A stretch of DNA of 64,000 nucleotides from Candidatus Caccopulliclostridium gallistercoris (GCA_018713725.1 DVOJ01000015.1:84390-148389); one strand, 5' to 3'; positions 51,953-60,720 are shown, counted from the first letter of the stretch. Notes: generated by a model not told the origin, from the letters alone. A program made the numbers and translations.

Positions 51953-54226
51953 TTAAACATTCGTTACTACTTGCCACTCTCCGTCTACCTTTTGAAGACT
52001 TGTGCCGTTTATTCCTTCAAGATACTCCGTTACACCCGGGAAAGTTTGAACAGTGCTAGAAAGCTCAAACTCGTTTGTGTCTTCGTTTAAAGTTAACGTT
52101 TTTTTGTAAGTTGTGCCGCAGTGGGTAAAGTATACGTGAATAGTTTTGTTGTCTTGCTGAACATAGGCGTTTGGCTGCGTTCCCATGCCTAGTTCTATCA
52201 TGTAAGTGGCGCTGCGCTCTGGAATGTAGTAAAGTTTGCCCACATTATCAAGTAGAATAAAGCCTATTGTTGTGTTAGCCGTTCTAGAACCCAAATAGTT
52301 ATCGTAAACTGGCACACATTGAACGTATTTATCTTCAAGTGCTTGACCATTTAACGTTATTGTATAGTTGCTTGCCGTTGCGGAATTGAACTGCGAGTAT
52401 ATGGCTATTTTTGCCTTGCCGTCTAGCGTTGTACCCGAAAGTATATAGCTAGTACTGCCGCTGCGCATGGTGTAATAAAGGTCGTAGATATCCTCTCCGC
52501 GCCACGTTGGAGCTGAACTACCAAGCGTTAACACACCGCCCTTATATTCCGAGCCATACGCTATAACTACCACATATCTAGAATTACTTGTAACATACGC
52601 CCCGCTTTGCCAGCGCTTGTGCCTATATAGCCTATAAAGCATGCCGTAGCCAGATAGGTTGCTTAGTGCCGTGCCCGTTTGGGTAAGGTCTGGCGTGGTC
52701 TGCTCTAAGTAGCTTGCGTTGTTGCCCGTTTGAATTGTAATATAATAGGTATCATCTAACACTTGCATATGAAGGTCGCGGTGTCTATTTAAAATCACTA
52801 TGTTTCTGCCGTCTATTTTAACAAACATACTTTCTATTACGGATATCTGCGTTGCAACGTCCGCCGCCTTTATCATTAGCCTATAATTTTTCTTTTTTGG
52901 GAAAAATTCAAAGTCGAGTGGAAGCGTCATGGGATTGGTAAAATTTTCCGTAAATTCAAACGTCTTTAAAAGCACGTCGTCGGCATAAGCGCTAAATTTA
53001 ACGCTATCTTCATTAACTGGAAAATCGTGTACATTTAGCTCTAAGTGCACCTTTATTTTAGCCGTAGGCTCGCACCTAAAAAATATGTAAACGGCGTTGT
53101 TATTTGTATCTCTTGTACCAAGAATTAGATTTTCTTCCGCGCCCATGTTAAAGGTTTCTATTATGCCGCTATCTCCGCCGCCAGTTCCGCCACCGCTATT
53201 TTCAAGCGCGGTCACACGCGTGTTTAAGCCGGAAATGTCGCTCTCGTTCTGCTCTACACTGTCTTCAATACTCCCAAGTTGCGTAGTATGCCCGCTTACA
53301 GTTGTGGAGAGCGTAGAAAGTGAAGTTTCTAGCGTTCCTATCTCTGTATCATAGCCGCTGACAGTGCTTGAAAGCGTAGAAACCGTGCTTTCTAGTGTAT
53401 CCATGTTTGTATTTAAGGTAGAAACAGAGCTTTGAAGCGTGCTAATGTTTGTTTCTACCGCTGCAATGTCGTCGTCTATGCCGCCGAGCTGTAAGTTAAT
53501 AGTGCTAATTTGAAGCGCAATGTTGTCTGTAAGCGTATCTAGCGTAGAGATATCTTGAAGCATGTTTGAAATATTAGTTTGAATTGTGGATATATTAGTG
53601 TTAATTAAACTTATTGAATTGGTATTTGCGTCTATATCGTTTTCCGCAGTGGTTAGCCTTGTATCTAAACCTTGAATGCTGCTTGAATAACCTTGCACCG
53701 TGGTTTGAAGGTTGCCCATTTGCGTCTCTAAAACGTCTTGCGCACTTTCTAACGTTATCATGCTACCTTCTATTGCTTCAATATCCGTGTTTATGCCGGA
53801 AATTTGCGTGCTTATTGAACCCACCGTGCTTGAAAGCGTGGTTAAAGTGTCGTCTAAGTCGTCTAGCTCGGTGTTAACCGTGGTGAACTGGTCGTCGTGC
53901 AAGTCTAGCTCGGTGTGAATGTTGTTTATCATGGTGTTTATAAGCGTAATTTCCTTTTCCGCGTCTTCCAAACTATCTTGCGTGGTGGATAGGCTGTTTT
54001 CAAGCGTTGTTATTCTATTTAGCGCCGAGCTGAGTGACGAGTTTATAGCTATAATATCCTGCTTGTTTTGCTCCGTTTGGTCAAAATAGCTCTCTAAGTT
54101 TAAAAGGCGAGATATTAACGCTTCAACTTCTTCCTTTAAACTCTTTAAATCCGAGGCAAGCGCGGCAGCTTTTCTAAGCACGGCAATTCGCTTTTCTAAT
54201 TCTTCTAACATTGGTTTTACTTCCAT
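51953..54226 (-). CDS. coiled-coil + beta-rich C-terminal domain protein (757 aa), tail-fibre-like architecture
   Basis: The N-terminal ~340 aa consist of degenerate repeats (…LESTVSTLSSTVSGYDTEIGTLETSLSTLSTTVSGHTTQLGS…), followed by a GGGTGGGDSG hinge and a ~400-aa beta-rich domain. No signal peptide. Confidence 0.7.
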   Translation of the reverse strand: MEVKPMLEELEKRIAVLRKAAALASDLKSLKEEVEALISRLLNLESYFDQTEQNKQDIIAINSSLSSALNRITTLENSLSTTQDSLEDAEKEITLINTMINNIHTELDLHDDQFTTVNTELDDLDDTLTTLSSTVGSISTQISGINTDIEAIEGSMITLESAQDVLETQMGNLQTTVQGYSSSIQGLDTRLTTAENDIDANTNSISLINTNISTIQTNISNMLQDISTLDTLTDNIALQISTINLQLGGIDDDIAAVETNISTLQSSVSTLNTNMDTLESTVSTLSSTVSGYDTEIGTLETSLSTLSTTVSGHTTQLGSIEDSVEQNESDISGLNTRVTALENSGGGTGGGDSGIIETFNMGAEENLILGTRDTNNNAVYIFFRCEPTAKIKVHLELNVHDFPVNEDSVKFSAYADDVLLKTFEFTENFTNPMTLPLDFEFFPKKKNYRLMIKAADVATQISVIESMFVKIDGRNIVILNRHRDLHMQVLDDTYYITIQTGNNASYLEQTTPDLTQTGTALSNLSGYGMLYRLYRHKRWQSGAYVTSNSRYVVVIAYGSEYKGGVLTLGSSAPTWRGEDIYDLYYTMRSGSTSYILSGTTLDGKAKIAIYSQFNSATASNYTITLNGQALEDKYVQCVPVYDNYLGSRTANTTIGFILLDNVGKLYYIPERSATYMIELGMGTQPNAYVQQDNKTIHVYFTHCGTTYKKTLTLNEDTNEFELSSTVQTFPGVTEYLEGINGTSLQKVDGEWQVVTNV

Positions 54227-54348
54227 AATTTTCCCCTTTTTAGAAAAGTTTATGGGTAAAAAGTGCTATTTTCAAGCTATACTGACAAAAAATACTTTTA
54301 AAATCTATAAAAATATGCTAAAATTAGGCAGCAAAAGGAGAAAACTAT

Positions 54349-55131
54349 ATGCTAAAAACTAAAAAGGGTAGAATAATATTCTTTACAATAGTTTTGCTTG
54401 CTGTGGCTGTGGCAATAATATTAGTTACCGTGCTTATGCCCACACCTAGCCTACTTGCTGCAAAAGAAAACTTTGACAACTTTATTGCTACCCATGATAG
54501 AATAGACAACAAAGAAAACGACGTAGTTGTAGACAACACAGAATACTACGAAACAAGTGTGCTTGCGTTTAGCGGACTAAACGAGGAAAACAAGACAAAC
54601 CTTCAAAATTACTATAATATTAATCAAGCTATATTCTCACTTGAAGATTTTATAGCTCAAAACCTTACCTTTACGTATCGCTCAGATGCCTATAACTCGG
54701 AATCCGGCGAACTTCAAACAGCTGTAAACAATGCGGAGCGTGCGTATGAAGAGTTTTACGAGTACTGCGACGCCTACGTAAAGCCGCTTATTGGGGAAAC
54801 AATAAGCGAATCTGACCAAAACAATATTGCTGAGCGCTTTTTAGAAAAGTATTCCCTTGTAACCCAAGCAAATATAGACGTGTTTAAATGCGCAAGCGAC
54901 GTGCTACTTAGTAGCGCCACGCGCGGCATTGAAGTGAACGAATATTCCTTAACTTACGTATCAAGCGTATGCCAAGCAGCTGTAAATGTGTATGGAAATT
55001 TAGAACTAGCTAACAGCCTTTTAAATAACACCAGAATTTACGTGCTTGCTTTAAGCGTGTATAACTACACAGACGTTCATATACAAGCGCTAAACAATGC
55101 GTTTAGTTCGCTCTTGGAGGTGGAAGCATGA
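54349..55131 (+). CDS. N-terminally membrane-anchored helical protein (260 aa)
   Basis: TM helix IIFFTIVLLAVAVAIILVTVL. It overlaps the next start by 4 nt. Confidence 0.7.
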   Translation: MLKTKKGRIIFFTIVLLAVAVAIILVTVLMPTPSLLAAKENFDNFIATHDRIDNKENDVVVDNTEYYETSVLAFSGLNEENKTNLQNYYNINQAIFSLEDFIAQNLTFTYRSDAYNSESGELQTAVNNAERAYEEFYEYCDAYVKPLIGETISESDQNNIAERFLEKYSLVTQANIDVFKCASDVLLSSATRGIEVNEYSLTYVSSVCQAAVNVYGNLELANSLLNNTRIYVLALSVYNYTDVHIQALNNAFSSLLEVEA

Positions 55132-56105
55132 AAAAGATAGTTATTTTAGCCTTAACCCTTTGTATGTGTCTGCCACTTGCCGCTTGCGGCGAAGACGACA
55201 CCTTTTGGACGCAAACACTTAGCCAGTTTGAACTAATACTTGGCTCTGACGAAACACCAAAAAATGAGGACCTATTTTTAGGCGCGGAGTTAACATATTC
55301 TAGTAACATTGAAGACGCCCTAGACCCAAACTTTTTTGAAGCAATTTTTCAATATGAAGCGGTAAGAGAGTTTGTAGAACTTAACACCTATGAAGAAATG
55401 TTACACCTTTCTTTTAACATGGCAGTAAGATATTACAAGAATTTCGGGCTTATCACGCTAAACACCACAGACGGAAACGTTAGGCAGGCTCATGAAAATT
55501 TAAGAACTGGCATAGAAGAGTTAAGCGAAGAAGTTAGTGCTTTCCGCACGGCAAAGGCAGACTTTGAAAAGGCGCTTGAAGGCATTGAAGCAAAAGACTT
55601 ATACCAAAGCGAAATAACAATGCAAGAATTAAAGGAGTATAAGCGCGCCTTTTCTTCCTTAATTTTAAAGACAAGCGAAGTAAATCACGAGTTCTTAAAC
55701 ACCTACGAGCTTTCCTACTCTCAAATTAAAACAGCGGAAGATACAGATATAAGCTACTGTTACAATTCTTCCATAGCCCAAATTGTGTACGCCTACAACC
55801 TATATGCCTTTGGCGAGTTTGACGGCGACTACACGGAAAACGAAGAGGTTTTAAGCTATATAAATATCTTAAACCTTGCAATACAAAATTTTACAAACGA
55901 TAATTTCGATGCGTGGCACGATATCTACACAAGGTTTTTAGTTGAAATAGAGCTTTACAAAACAGCGCTAAACGAAGTAGACCTATTAAACACGGAAAAT
56001 TTAGATAGCGAAGGCGTAGCTTACGTAAATAAAATAAATAACTTTTTAAACGACTACGTTCAAGTGCTTTACTCTGCCACAGCAGGACTAATAAAAGGAA
56101 ATTAA
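55128..56105 (+). CDS. lipoprotein (325 aa)
   Basis: Signal peptide with lipobox LPLAAC. The stop abuts the gltX start. Confidence 0.75.
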   Translation: MKKIVILALTLCMCLPLAACGEDDTFWTQTLSQFELILGSDETPKNEDLFLGAELTYSSNIEDALDPNFFEAIFQYEAVREFVELNTYEEMLHLSFNMAVRYYKNFGLITLNTTDGNVRQAHENLRTGIEELSEEVSAFRTAKADFEKALEGIEAKDLYQSEITMQELKEYKRAFSSLILKTSEVNHEFLNTYELSYSQIKTAEDTDISYCYNSSIAQIVYAYNLYAFGEFDGDYTENEEVLSYINILNLAIQNFTNDNFDAWHDIYTRFLVEIELYKTALNEVDLLNTENLDSEGVAYVNKINNFLNDYVQVLYSATAGLIKGN

Positions 56106-57743
56106 ATGGACACACAAAAATTAGCAAATCTATTATACCCAAACGCAAAGCCAGTGGAATATTGGCTAGAAAAATATCCACCGCGCGAGCTTAAACGCGG
56201 CGCAGAAGTTACGCGTTTAGCGCCCAGCCCTACGGGATATCTTCACACAGGGCACGCATACAGCGCGCTAATAAACAAACTCACCGCAGAAAAAAGCGGC
56301 GGAATATTCTATTTAAGGCTTGAAGATACAGACCAAAAGCGCTTAATTGAGCACGCCGGCGACATAGCATACAATATGCTAGTCAGCTATAACCTTTCTC
56401 CAAACGAAGGTTACCGCGGCGACGAGCTTGCACAAATTGGCGATTACGGCGATTACGTTCAAAGTAAGAGGTTAAATATATATCAAAGCTTTGCAAAATT
56501 TTTAGTAGAAAAAGGCAGAGCCTTCCCGTGCTTTTGCAAGAAGAGTGAAGGCATAGAAGACGTGGAAGAGCGCAGGCAAAAGCAGCTTGAAGAGAGCGGA
56601 GAAATTTTAGAGCACGACCCTTGCAGAAATTTAAGCCTAGAAGAGATAGAAGAAAAACTTGCTGCTGGCGAAGAGTTCGCGCTAAAACTTAAAAGTAAGG
56701 GTGACCCGGAAAAAACCTTTAAATTTACCGACCTTATTAAAGGCGAGCGCGAAATTAGAGAGAATGCCAAAGACATAGTGCTCATGAAAAGTAATGGCAT
56801 TCCACCCTACGCCTTTGCGCACGCGGTAGACGATAGCCTAATGCACACCACAATAGTTGTGCGCGGCGAAGAGTGGTACCCTTCACTATCTGCGCACATA
56901 GAGCTATTTAAAGCGCTTGGCTTCAAGCCGCCAAAATACGCCCACACCCCAGTTATTTGCAAACTAGACGAAAACGGCAATAAGCGTAAACTCAGCAAGC
57001 GCAAAGACCCAGAAGCCGACGTAAGATATTTTATAGTTGAAGGCTATCCAAAGGTAGCGGTTATAGAATATCTATTAAACCTGTTAAATTCCGACTTTGA
57101 ACCATGGCGCGCAGCTAACCCTACGCTAAGCTATAAAGAGTTCCCGTTTAGCATAGAAAAAATTGGCTCCAACAACCCTATGTTCGACTTTGTAAAGCTA
57201 GCAGACGTATCAAAAAACTACATCTCTCACCTAACCGCCGACGAAGTATACAGCATGCTAGTAGAATGGGCAAAGAGTTTTGACGTAGACTTCTGCAAGA
57301 CGCTCACGGAAAACGCGGACTTCTCAAAAGCCGTGCTTAACATTGACCGCGACGTGCCAAAGCCTAGAAAGGACATCTCCAAGTGGAGCGAAGTAAAAAG
57401 TTATTACGACTATATGTTTTACGGCATAAAAACGTACGAGCTAGACGGCTTAGACAAGAAGAAATTTAAAGAAATAATAGCCGCCTATAAAGATATTTAT
57501 AGCGAAGAAGACGACAAAGAAACGTGGTTCAATAAAATAAAAGCCATGGCAGAAAGCCTAGGCTACGCCACCAATAATAAGGATTATAAAGCAAATCCCG
57601 AAAGCTACAAAGGAAACGTAGCCGACGTGTGCACATATATCCGCTTAGCGCTCACCGGCCGCAAGAACTCACCAGACATATACAGCATAGCCCGCGTTCT
57701 CGGCGCCCGCGAAGTGAATAGAAGATTTGAAAAGGTGGTATAA
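56106..57743 (+). CDS. gltX: glutamate--tRNA ligase family enzyme
   Basis: Class I motifs APSPTGYLHTGH (HIGH) and KLSKRK (KMSKS), 545 aa. Confidence 0.8.
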   Translation: MDTQKLANLLYPNAKPVEYWLEKYPPRELKRGAEVTRLAPSPTGYLHTGHAYSALINKLTAEKSGGIFYLRLEDTDQKRLIEHAGDIAYNMLVSYNLSPNEGYRGDELAQIGDYGDYVQSKRLNIYQSFAKFLVEKGRAFPCFCKKSEGIEDVEERRQKQLEESGEILEHDPCRNLSLEEIEEKLAAGEEFALKLKSKGDPEKTFKFTDLIKGEREIRENAKDIVLMKSNGIPPYAFAHAVDDSLMHTTIVVRGEEWYPSLSAHIELFKALGFKPPKYAHTPVICKLDENGNKRKLSKRKDPEADVRYFIVEGYPKVAVIEYLLNLLNSDFEPWRAANPTLSYKEFPFSIEKIGSNNPMFDFVKLADVSKNYISHLTADEVYSMLVEWAKSFDVDFCKTLTENADFSKAVLNIDRDVPKPRKDISKWSEVKSYYDYMFYGIKTYELDGLDKKKFKEIIAAYKDIYSEEDDKETWFNKIKAMAESLGYATNNKDYKANPESYKGNVADVCTYIRLALTGRKNSPDIYSIARVLGAREVNRRFEKVV

Positions 57744-57754
57744 AGGTATATAAA

Positions 57755-57781
57755 AAAGACGCATTAATTAAAATGCGTCTT
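57755..57781 (+). repeat. 27-bp direct repeat copy 1 (gltX terminator hairpin without its T-tail)
   Basis: aaagacgcattaattaaaatgcgtctt is identical to 57954..57980. Here it is followed by element A3 rather than a T-run. Confidence 0.9.
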
Positions 57782-57934
57782 CAGGCTGTTGAAAAACGGC
57801 GCGAACGAAAAATTCTTTAGAATTTTTCTTGCTGCGTTTACTGAAAAACGCCTAAAAACAGTCATTTAGGTCACTAAACTCCTGCTTTTAGGCATTTTTC
57901 GAGCCTTGCCTCGCTCGGTTAAAGAACAGCCTGA
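57781..57934 (+). repeat. long-hairpin element family A, copy A3
   Basis: Terminal arms TCAGGCTG/CAGCCTGA, internal stems GCCTAAAA/TTTTAGGC and TTTAG/CTAAA, and the scaffold shared with A1 and A2 (present here as its reverse complement on the plus strand). Confidence 0.8.
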
Positions 57935-57953
57935 TTTAATTTGTCTACAGTCT

Positions 57954-57990
57954 AAAGACGCATTAATTAAAATGCGTCTTTTATAGTTTT
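57954..57990 (+). terminator. gltX intrinsic terminator (27-bp direct repeat copy 2 plus T-tail)
   Basis: gacgcatt-aattaa-aatgcgtc hairpin followed by ttttatagtttt. Confidence 0.7.
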
Positions 57991-58200
57991 ACACTTTTTT
58001 GCGCCTGAACACTTAACTTTTTACCTTCTTTAATAGTTTGCGCTTCCGTTTTAGCTTGTTTCCAGCTTTTTTCGCTTTAAATTTCTTCTTTTGCTAATAG
58101 TTTTTACTAGCTTAGATTAGCGCCTTACGGCGCGGATTTCCTAACTTAACTAAAATTTCCAATTATTTTTGTTACGCTTGGAAATTTGCCCATCTCTCCA

Positions 58201-59736
58201 CTAACTTATTGAGATTTTGAAAGCAGGGCGCGCGCAGCGAGTATCATAGGCATTGTTAGTATAACCGATATAGCCGAACGCATTGACATAGTTCACAGAG
58301 TAAGTACCAGACGAATAAGGCGAACGGAGCCAATAGTAATAATCCCAACTTCTTGCTCCTGAATCTGCTGCTGTACCTTGCGTTATGGTTATTTTTGATG
58401 CTTCGTAGTAGCTTAAAAGCCAGAGTTTATCTTTTGTAGTATCAGGATCAATTCCTGCTACTCCTTTTGTTTCTACTCCATCCTTCACATCGGCATCAAA
58501 TGTTACTGCTGCACCTGATGTACTACCACCCATTCTTGAATATAGTTCAGAAAGACTCCTTCCTTCTATCATGCTATATACTGGTGAACTTGTTATATTA
58601 AACACATCTAAAAAGTTTTCTGGTTCTGTTTGTCCTGTTGCTTTTGCCGGAATTCTATCCGAGCCACTACGTTTATATCCTCTATATACGTCTGTTCCTG
58701 TTAGATACTCTCGGATATTACTTACTGCGTAGTCATTTACGTTTACTGTATTTTCATATTCGTCTAATCTTGGATATGAGCCAGAATTTGTAAAATTATT
58801 TTCAAAACAACAAACAAACACGTTTTCTATATAGGTATCTAATAGAAAATAGTAACTTCCGCTTAAAGTGGTATTTTGTGTGTAATTTGCTACACTCTCT
58901 ACGTCTGTCCCTTCTTCATTTTCCTTTAATACCATGCGCCATACTAGTGGGGTTATTTCATGTGTTGTTGGGTCTTCATATTCTCCCATTGTAATAGTCC
59001 AGTAACCGTCTACAACATCTGTGGTACCTGGATCGTCTGCTACCCATTCTAAATAATCGGTAACCGATGGAAAATATTCTGTAAATTCAAAATTTAATGC
59101 AATAGGCTGACTTAAACTGCTACTAAAATTATTTAAAGTTAGCGTAATAGTATAAGTAGCCGTTCCCGGCTGTTCTCCGTTTTTCTCCGGAATTTTAATA
59201 ACTCCGCCTGTTACGCTCTCTTCCGCCGTAACGTCTTCACCAAATGAAGCAAGCGCGGTAGTTAGCGCTGGTGTTGAACCGTCCGCTGTGGAGTAGTTTA
59301 CTATTGTGGCATTTACTGGAAATTCTGAGTAGTTTGTAAAGGTAAAGTTGTACCTTATTACCTTGTTTGTTTCGTCAAACTCTATTGTTCCAATGCTCCA
59401 AGCCGTCATTGCGCCGTTTGATGCTGTTCCTACCGGAGTATCGTCAAACGTTGTAGCAGTTTGTCCGGTTTCCGTCTGCTCGGTAACTGCGTCGTAAGAA
59501 TAGCCTATATATTTATAGTCTGTTCCCGTAGTATCCACTGCATCTGCAAGTGAGCCTGTGCTAGCGCCCTTTTGAATTTGCCCGTTAACCTTTACGTACA
59601 CACCTTTTGCTTCAAAGCTAACGTTACTTGTAACGTCTAGGCTAACTTGGCTTGCGGCAAGCACTCCGCACGTTAGCATTGCCATGCTTATGGCAAGTGC
59701 AGAAATGCTACCTATAATTCTCGTTTTCTTTTTCAT
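58201..59736 (-). CDS. secreted protein with a DUF6273-like C-terminal domain (511 aa)
   Basis: Signal peptide MKKKTRIIGSISALAISMAMLTCGVLAA. The C-terminus YYWLRSPYSSG...TRCARPAFKI resembles the WLRSP...RPA motif of that family (recalled). Confidence 0.7.
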   Translation of the reverse strand: MKKKTRIIGSISALAISMAMLTCGVLAASQVSLDVTSNVSFEAKGVYVKVNGQIQKGASTGSLADAVDTTGTDYKYIGYSYDAVTEQTETGQTATTFDDTPVGTASNGAMTAWSIGTIEFDETNKVIRYNFTFTNYSEFPVNATIVNYSTADGSTPALTTALASFGEDVTAEESVTGGVIKIPEKNGEQPGTATYTITLTLNNFSSSLSQPIALNFEFTEYFPSVTDYLEWVADDPGTTDVVDGYWTITMGEYEDPTTHEITPLVWRMVLKENEEGTDVESVANYTQNTTLSGSYYFLLDTYIENVFVCCFENNFTNSGSYPRLDEYENTVNVNDYAVSNIREYLTGTDVYRGYKRSGSDRIPAKATGQTEPENFLDVFNITSSPVYSMIEGRSLSELYSRMGGSTSGAAVTFDADVKDGVETKGVAGIDPDTTKDKLWLLSYYEASKITITQGTAADSGARSWDYYYWLRSPYSSGTYSVNYVNAFGYIGYTNNAYDTRCARPAFKISIS

Positions 59737-59884
59737 AATATTCTCCTTTGTTATTATTTTATTTTTTAGTTTTTTTATTCTATTTTAGCAAATGTCTTTA
59801 CATACTAATAGATTATATAGATATATTAACATAGACTGGCAGACTTTGTAAAATAAATTTTATTATTTTTAAAATCACGTAGTG

Positions 59885-59914
59885 ATTCTACCCCCCCCCT
59901 CGCATTTTTGTCAA
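59885..59914 (-). promoter_or_regulatory. promoter module D1 with a homopolymeric G tract in the spacer, reading toward 58201..59736
   Basis: The minus strand reads TTGACA (59914..59909) - 18-nt spacer containing G9 (C9 at 59891..59899) - TAGAAT (59890..59885). The palindrome aatcacgtagtgatt (59873..59887) overlaps the -10. Confidence 0.55.
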
Positions 59915-59960
59915 GCGAAATTAATTAGTTTTATAAAAATTCTATTATCCCGCAAAGCTT

Positions 59961-60020
59961 CTTCGTCAGCCCTTACCATCGTCACCCTGAGCGGAGCGCT
60001 GAAGGCGCGCAGTCGAACGG
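59961..60020 (+). repeat. interspersed repeat family C, copy C1
   Basis: cttcgtcagcccttaccatcgtcaccctgagcggagcgc...gcgcgcagtcgaac aligns with 60587..60643. Confidence 0.75.
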
Positions 60021-60136
60021 GTCTCCGTCGGGCTAGCAGAGCAATATTTTATTTTGTCGGCTTGCCCCCGTACAAAAATGCTGCTGCACTTTTCTTTTTT
60101 ACTATAATTTACACTTTTGAATTTTCTGCTCGTTTA

Positions 60137-60180
60137 GGTAAAATGACCTTGCAAAATTATTTTTGCAAGGTCATTTTACC
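60137..60180. repeat. perfect 20-bp-stem hairpin
   Basis: ggtaaaatgaccttgcaaaa-ttat-ttttgcaaggtcattttacc. The right arm contains the -10 (TAAAAT on the minus strand) of promoter module D2 and runs into the C12 tract. Confidence 0.85.
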
Positions 60181-60203
60181 CCCCCCCCCCGCATTTTTGT
60201 CAA
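60173..60203 (-). promoter_or_regulatory. promoter module D2 (duplicate of D1) with a G12 tract in the spacer
   Basis: The minus strand reads TTGACA (60203..60198) - 19-nt spacer containing G12 (C12 at 60179..60190) - TAAAAT (60178..60173). The 35-nt block poly-C + gcatttttgtcaagcgaaattaa is shared with 59890..59924. Confidence 0.5.
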
Positions 60204-60303
60204 GCGAAATTAAACACTTTTCTAGTTTTTTTTACTTTTCCTTTCCTGCCACACTATAGCTTGAACAAAAATGCAGTATTTTAGAAGATTTTTTAAAATT
60301 TGT

Positions 60304-60445
60304 GGCGGGTCGCGGGAGGAGATTCATTCGACTGCATATTAACTAATCTTCGTATTCATGCAATACAACTAGCATACACAACGATTATCACGATTCCTTC
60401 CGCTCAGAATGACAGCGGAGTAGAGCCGTTGCAAGAGTCTTCGAA
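60304..60445 (+). repeat. interspersed repeat family B, diverged copy B3
   Basis: Contains gggaggagattcattcgac and ccgctcagaatgacagcgg (60400..60418). The latter forms an inverted repeat with 60492..60510 in B2. Confidence 0.55.
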
Positions 60446-60473
60446 GTCTCTTCGTAGGCTTTATTTCTATGCT

Positions 60474-60578
60474 CTCCCGCGAAGCCCAACCCCGCTGTCA
60501 TTCTGAGCAGCGAGCACCCAGCGTTAGCGGTGCGACTATCTGCGAAGAATCTCCTTGCCACCCTAGCTAGCGAGACTC
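60474..60578 (-). repeat. interspersed repeat family B, copy B2
   Basis: Its reverse complement gagtctcgctagctagggtggcaaggagattcttcgcag...gctcagaatgacagcgg aligns with B1 (18248..18347). Confidence 0.75.
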
Positions 60579-60586
60579 CACCTTAT

Positions 60587-60643
60587 CTTCGGCAGCCCTT
60601 ACCATCGTCACCCTGAGCGGAGCGCGCAAGCGCGCAGTCGGAC
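60587..60643 (+). repeat. interspersed repeat family C, copy C2
   Basis: cttcggcagcccttaccatcgtcaccctgagcggagcgcgcaagcgcgcagtcggac aligns with C1. Confidence 0.75.
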
Positions 60644-60661
60644 TTACAAAGCAAAAAAAAC

Positions 60662-60718
60662 AAAAAAACTAGCCCTTTTTCTTTTCGGCAAAAAGCCAAA
60701 ATTTAGGCTAGTTTTTTT
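60662..60718. terminator. compound bidirectional terminator after the DUF378 gene
   Basis: aaaaaaactagcc...ggctagttttttt outer stem enclosing a ttttcggc-aaaaa-gccaaaa inner hairpin. Confidence 0.55.
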
Positions 60719-60720
60719 AG

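Noticed and set aside
51249-54226. Prophage
   Set aside because: Only one tail-fibre-like protein is present. There are no capsid, terminase, portal, integrase or lysis genes or att repeats nearby.
59908-59936. Plus-strand promoter TTGTCA-17-TTATAA in module D1
   Set aside because: The opposite strand gives a perfect TTGACA with TAGAAT and points at a real gene. The plus-strand reading has weaker hexamers and no downstream gene.
59882-60506. ORFs 59882..60259 and 60300..60506 as protein-coding genes
   Set aside because: They are translations of poly-C tracts (PPPP runs) and interspersed repeats, with no RBS and composition typical of repeat read-through.
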